Positions 62,847-64,000 of a stretch of DNA of 64,000 nt are shown one piece after another. Numbering within the stretch: the stretch's first letter is position 1; the number at the start of each line of letters is the position of its first letter. Origin of the DNA: a virus. Taxonomy: Duplodnaviria > Caudoviricetes. The notes under the pieces are model-generated. The model saw only the letters and a list, made by a program, of their open reading frames with translations, searched no databases and was not told the DNA's origin. The position numbers and the translations under genes were made by a program. Location of the stretch: the IMG/VR virus record IMGVR_UViG_2595698517_000001, positions 32,001-96,000 of that record. The stretch is one strand, 5' to 3'.

Positions 62847-63288
62847 AGATATGCTCCTTCACAAGTTTTTCAAATTCTCTCTTTTGGTACTCTCTCGGGT
62901 ACCCTTCGAATTTGTATTTGGCTAATATCGTATTCTTCTCTTTCAATACGCTTTCTAAGTAGTCTAAGGCTCCGCAGAATAGTGGGTATTCACTTCTACC
63001 ACTGCCAAACAGGATAACCTGTTTCCCTTCCATAGATTCTAATGTTTCTTGGAACCTTGCTATTTGGTGAGGGAACTCAGGCTCTTGTTGGTATGTGCTT
63101 GAATATGTACTTACACCTAGTACGATGATGTCCGCATTGTCCAGGGCACGTTGTATTTCATCCGTACCCCTAAACTTTGTAATGCGTTCTGTAAACTCAA
63201 AATCTTTGTCTTCCAGGTAATCCAGGATTCCTAACGTGTTCCCTTTTTGCGAAGATACGATCAGACTTGCAGGTTTCTTAGAGATCAA
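62833..63288 (-). CDS. flavodoxin (NrdI-like)
   Basis: SSQKGNT, GVSTY and LFGSGRSEYPLFCGA motifs; probable TTG start at 63288. Confidence 0.85.
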   Translation of the reverse strand: MISKKPASLIVSSQKGNTLGILDYLEDKDFEFTERITKFRGTDEIQRALDNADIIVLGVSTYSSTYQQEPEFPHQIARFQETLESMEGKQVILFGSGRSEYPLFCGALDYLESVLKEKNTILAKYKFEGYPREYQKREFEKLVKEHIYANN

Positions 63289-64000
63289 AGTCGTCTTTCC
63301 CGTCTGAGTGCTTGTAGTTGATTGCGTTACCTTGTAAGAAGTCTGCTTTAGGTGCAATCGCTCCCTCAGTTTGTTTCTTACTTCCGTAGTTTACAATCCA
63401 TTTTGCTTTTAGTTCTCCATTTTCAGGGAATGGTTCTTGTAATCCTGCATTACGACAAATTAAATTAGCTAAGTACTCTGTGTAGTCGTGGTATTCTTTA
63501 ATAGAAAGCGTGTCAATATCACGGTATAACCAGGCAGACCATTCTTTCTCTAGCTGTACAGCTTCTCGTACAAAGTTCATAGAGTATTCCATATTCTCTT
63601 TTGTATTAAGCTGTGGGTTCTCTGCCATTAGAATTTGAATGATTAACCCGAATATTTCAGAGTGTTGGTTCTCGTCCGCTTTAATTAGGTTAATCATATT
63701 GTTTGATTCGAGCATTTTATTGTCACGAGCTAGTGAGTGGAAGTAAGCAAACCCACCTGAGAAGTATTCCCCTTCTAGGATTTGATAAGCTAGTAGACCT
63801 TCATAAAGCGCTTGTAGCGTTTCATCGTCCATTTCTACAACACCTGTAGCTCTTCGTTTAATGAAATATTCTGTAAGCGATACAATCATTTTGTCTAGCT
63901 TTTCAATGATGAAGTCGTTACGTTTCTTTAGTAACGGTAGCTCTCTTACTTCATTAAACGCACGTTCCTTTTCTGCGGCACCTAAAACTGTAGATGTCAT
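63278..64000 (-). CDS. nrdF: ribonucleotide reductase class I beta subunit (5'-truncated by the window)
   Basis: LEGEYFSGGF and IKADENQH metal-ligand motifs; adjacent flavodoxin and redoxin. Confidence 0.9.
   Translation of the reverse strand: MTSTVLGAAEKERAFNEVRELPLLKKRNDFIIEKLDKMIVSLTEYFIKRRATGVVEMDDETLQALYEGLLAYQILEGEYFSGGFAYFHSLARDNKMLESNNMINLIKADENQHSEIFGLIIQILMAENPQLNTKENMEYSMNFVREAVQLEKEWSAWLYRDIDTLSIKEYHDYTEYLANLICRNAGLQEPFPENGELKAKWIVNYGSKKQTEGAIAPKADFLQGNAINYKHSDGKDDFDL

Noticed and set aside
63278-64000. Metal-free (class Ie) RNR beta subunit
   Set aside because: The visible Glu ligands (LEGEYF, DENQH) are intact, as in ordinary metal-binding class I enzymes.

Overview
This is a 64-kb segment of a large lytic Bacillus (probably B. 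cereus group) myovirus of the Herelleviridae/Bastillevirinae type, with almost all genes on the minus strand. Reading along transcription from right to left, it holds four blocks. (1) A replication/nucleotide block: RNR beta subunit (partial), flavodoxin, thioredoxin, pol-beta-type nucleotidyltransferase, HU-like protein, family A DNA polymerase, SSB, Tad1 anti-defence sponge, RecA-like recombinase, late sigma factor, holin, metallophosphoesterase and Thg1. (2) A run of small early genes. (3) A sporulation-linked locus at 20.8-29.9 kb: two SigF/SigG-like sigma factors, ParM-like actin, ParR-like protein, pilin-like and VirB6-like membrane proteins and an FtsK/SpoIIIE ATPase, together with two repeat arrays and SigE-, SigK- and SigF-like promoter matches. 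(4) A long accessory region (AAA ATPase, Apyc1-like metallo-beta-lactamase, many small ORFs) that ends in a repeat-rich non-coding 550 bp. The most interesting signals are the ParMRC + minimal T4SS-like + FtsK module under apparent sporulation control, and the apparent absence of CCAGA/CCAGC across the whole window. I found no tRNA, rRNA or CRISPR array. All family calls come from motif recognition by eye, not database searches.
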